From Candidatus Paenibacillus intestinavium (lineage in GTDB: Bacteria; Bacillota; Bacilli; Paenibacillales; Paenibacillaceae): a stretch of 50,389 bases of DNA. A model generated the notes under the pieces. That model did no database searches. It saw only the letters and a list, made by a program, of their open reading frames with translations, and was not told the DNA's origin. Where the stretch lies: positions 1-50,389 of the forward strand of contig DXHF01000327.1 in assembly GCA_019113605.1 (NCBI GenBank), given 5' to 3'. This document shows, one piece after another, positions 48,801 to 50,389 of the stretch; the first letter of the stretch is position 1, and the number at the start of each line of letters is the position of its first letter. The translations under genes were made by a program, and so were the position numbers.

Positions 48801-49015
48801 GCAAATTGACTTCGCAGCATCCGGATCTCCGCACGATCTTCTCCACTAGCAGTGCCATACAACGCAAAGCAGATCGCATCGAATATCGTTGTTTTCCCCG
48901 CTCCAGTATTACCGGATATTACGAAGAGGCGATGATCCTGTAATTCTAGAAAATCAATAACCTCACGTTCACGATAAGGCCCGAATGCCGTTAATATTAA
49001 TTTTAATGGTCTCAT
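45875..49015 (-). CDS. sbcC: Nuclease SbcCD subunit C
   Basis: GNTGAGKTT, Zn hook CPVCGS, LSGGE, FIDEGFGSLD. Confidence 0.96.
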   Translation of the reverse strand: MRPLKLILTAFGPYREREVIDFLELQDHRLFVISGNTGAGKTTIFDAICFALYGTASGEDRAEIRMLRSQFADDAIHTSVELSFMVKDKHYRVLRQMKHRKGNNKGETGEKIELYELTAQGEVPAVDRFIIRDVDMKLASIMGLTKDQFSQIVMLPQGEFRKLLTSSTDNKEDILRKIFRTERFDQLEQIVGNQYKAMQEKFRQQQGSQINTILHIAEQLPLREDSMLAATFAQEQHNVFQVLEGLLEEQLYYEAEQQRLEAQKIIQAEHLSGARRELQEAEQTNSKLHEHMQKQQEQLSLLEQQTHYEAVQIQIRRGEQALFVSAYEARYDRACKQLQERQLHCVQQKKQLVEIEQRAADVQLRYAKQEQKQLVRKQVELEIHELQQLLPIVQQYGQSQQQLIEAQQEEKRSSQTLQELDVFVLQGKEQRLQLQQLLQHVDDYGQLSLQLQSTMSEVEQQGKIVSKMLEYTNELQQLEGKKIAIREYAQLALQELQQQEQLWIEGQASELARHLHDGLPCPVCGSEDHPHKAKPSVEMPTRAQIDVCKANQLKREQELLLWQAQRSAKYELLEQQLTGLESSLQQELKALLKGDAPVELQLQQRLENEQQQLRVSWKQFKDQHDQLRSKLELAEQQKQQSQLLEQELERKEQQRVQYQDKLQQAVVHKATLSTKLEQLELRVPEDLRNVNSLQLQLVEKQKLLATLENEWKLVVEEKAKVERLLAAATAQMEHTMQSLAGDEQELTSSDAEFKQKLVEAGFASQHQYSAAKLSRDELELMTSSYTAYRDQLTRLATQLEWLEQTIAGKQIVDCIPLQAKLEQLQQQFEVLITMDSQTVHYLHEIKQYIIKLQSNNGQLQELEQSLAITADLYTTIKGDNPLKLSFERYILIDYLEQIIEMANIRLASLSNGQFELRRSDRLETHGKQSGLGLDVYDAYTGQNRDVKTLSGGEKFNAALCLALGMTDVIQSHQGGVSIEMMFIDEGFGSLDEESLQKAIATLIDLQRAGRMIGVISHVQELKDALPACLEVSKNRDGHSQTRFIVK

Positions 49016-49018
49016 TCG

Positions 49019-50176
49019 TTATTGCTCACTCCCCTGCATCATCTGTTCATACGCCTGGGCAAATCGTTCCCGCTTCTCAGCAGTTAATTCTGTACCTCTC
49101 ACCTCTTCATAGAAGGCTGCAAATAGCTCCAGAGGCTTCAGCTCTTGTTTCATAACGCTCGTCGTCCGTACTTGATTGTCCCCTGAATTACGGCGCTGGG
49201 AGGCCATACGCTCGACATGCATCGCATTCGGATAGACCGCTCGAATTTTTTCCATCGGAAACAGTACGGGATTTTCATCGGTTAATGTCACATAGACGTA
49301 ATCATCATTAATCGAATGCCGTTCAATATCAGCAATAGCTCCAACAACACGGCGCATATTTCGTCTTGGTTCAAGTAATATTTTTTCTGTCGTTACCTCT
49401 TGACCAGCTAGATTAACGACGATATAACCTTTATAGTGATTCTCCTCAGAGATTGAATATTTCAGCAGCGATCCAGCATATCGAATATGTGGGGTACCAA
49501 CATGATGTGCTTGATGCAAATGACCAAGTGCGACATAGTCAAAATCTTGTAATAGCTGTGCGTTTACATACTCCGCACCACCAATAGCTAAGGGGCGCTC
49601 GGAGTCGCTTGTATTATGCTCTTGTTCGCCATAAGGAGTAACAAAGGCATGTCCAATAAGTATATGTCTTGCAGATGGATCCCAATTACTTTTAATATGA
49701 CTTACGATTGCTGCCATCGCATCATTATGCGAACGAATCGATTCATCACCGATGAGATGACGAATAATGGCAGGATCAGCATACGGAATAAGGTAAAAAT
49801 GTACTTCCCCATATTCATCACGCATAACAATTGGCTCGATCGGGTAACGTAGCTGTCCAGTCATATACAATCCGTTACGCTCCATTAATTTTACAGCAAA
49901 ATCAATACGGTCAGGACTATCATGATTACCTGCGATCGCAAGTACCGGAATTTCCAGTTTGAGTACTAACTGTTCCAATATATCATTCAGTAAATCTACT
50001 GCCTCTGTTGGTGGAACTGCTCGATCGTATAGATCACCTGCAATAATAATGACATCAGGCTCCTGTTCTTCCACTTCCTTAACAAATTGATCAAGCACAT
50101 ACGCTTGATCCTCCGTCATATAAACACCTTGTACTATTTTGCCGAGATGCCAGTCCGCTGTATGAAAAATTTTCAA
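49019..50176 (-). CDS. sbcD: Nuclease SbcCD subunit D
   Basis: HTADWHLG, AGDLYD, GNHD, LGHLH; TTG start after GAAAGGA. Confidence 0.96.
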   Translation of the reverse strand: MKIFHTADWHLGKIVQGVYMTEDQAYVLDQFVKEVEEQEPDVIIIAGDLYDRAVPPTEAVDLLNDILEQLVLKLEIPVLAIAGNHDSPDRIDFAVKLMERNGLYMTGQLRYPIEPIVMRDEYGEVHFYLIPYADPAIIRHLIGDESIRSHNDAMAAIVSHIKSNWDPSARHILIGHAFVTPYGEQEHNTSDSERPLAIGGAEYVNAQLLQDFDYVALGHLHQAHHVGTPHIRYAGSLLKYSISEENHYKGYIVVNLAGQEVTTEKILLEPRRNMRRVVGAIADIERHSINDDYVYVTLTDENPVLFPMEKIRAVYPNAMHVERMASQRRNSGDNQVRTTSVMKQELKPLELFAAFYEEVRGTELTAEKRERFAQAYEQMMQGSEQ

Positions 50177-50303
50177 TGCCGTCATCCTTTCATACATTTT
50201 ATTCTAATAAAGGTTCAAATTATTCGCTTGTCAGCATCAAGAAGATGACCTCCAGCGAAAACGAGTAGCACAGCGTACGTCCCTCTGGTTACTAAGGGTT
50301 TTC

Positions 50304-50389
50304 TCACACATGCTCACGCATTCGCAAGATTTCTCTCTCTTTTATATCAAGGTGAATCTGGATTAGAGTGATGTCATAGCGTTCGCCAT
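50304..50389 (-). CDS. 3' end of a CDS cut by the window edge
   Basis: Open frame GERYDITLIQIHLDIKEREILRMREHV*. Confidence 0.4.
   Translation of the reverse strand, partial: GERYDITLIQIHLDIKEREILRMREHV

Noticed and set aside
50220-50300. Structured leader or riboswitch upstream of sbcD
   Set aside because: Only a short CCCT/AGGG stem is visible, with no recognisable aptamer.

Overview
This 50.4-kb window comes from a Bacillales chromosome. It is most likely Paenibacillus-like, an inference from the SLH protein, the copper-amine-oxidase-N-domain protein and the gene order. Bases 1 to ~22,900 are the integration, immunity and early half of a temperate prophage inserted at the 3' end of sufB. 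It carries a tyrosine integrase, ImmA/IrrE-like protein, CI and Cro with operators, ParB-like protein, KTSC protein, a Rad50/SMC-like ATPase paired with a UvrD helicase and SSB, a LexA-N-domain protein, replication initiator, beta-clamp, DUF1064, HNH, DNA methyltransferase, MazG-like protein, YopX and many small ORFs. The rest is host DNA: sufCDSUB, DUF1802, mtnK-mtnA, a 4-kb block between two copies of an IS-end-like repeat, a 1854-aa SLH phosphoesterase, yunC, a MITE, a PAS-GGDEF-EAL protein, DUF423 and sbcDC. The main find is a self-contained ~0.9-kb cassette in the prophage (7079-7961). An XRE regulator sits opposite two tiny ORFs, with a palindromic operator inside each of two divergent sigma-A promoters. 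The second ORF ends inside a complete type I hammerhead ribozyme (minus strand) with a 5-bp loop II pseudoknot and a GUC cleavage site. Next to the cassette is a parS-like palindrome whose 19-bp copy lies inside the phage parB gene. All calls come from reading motifs by eye; no database searches or folding programs were run.
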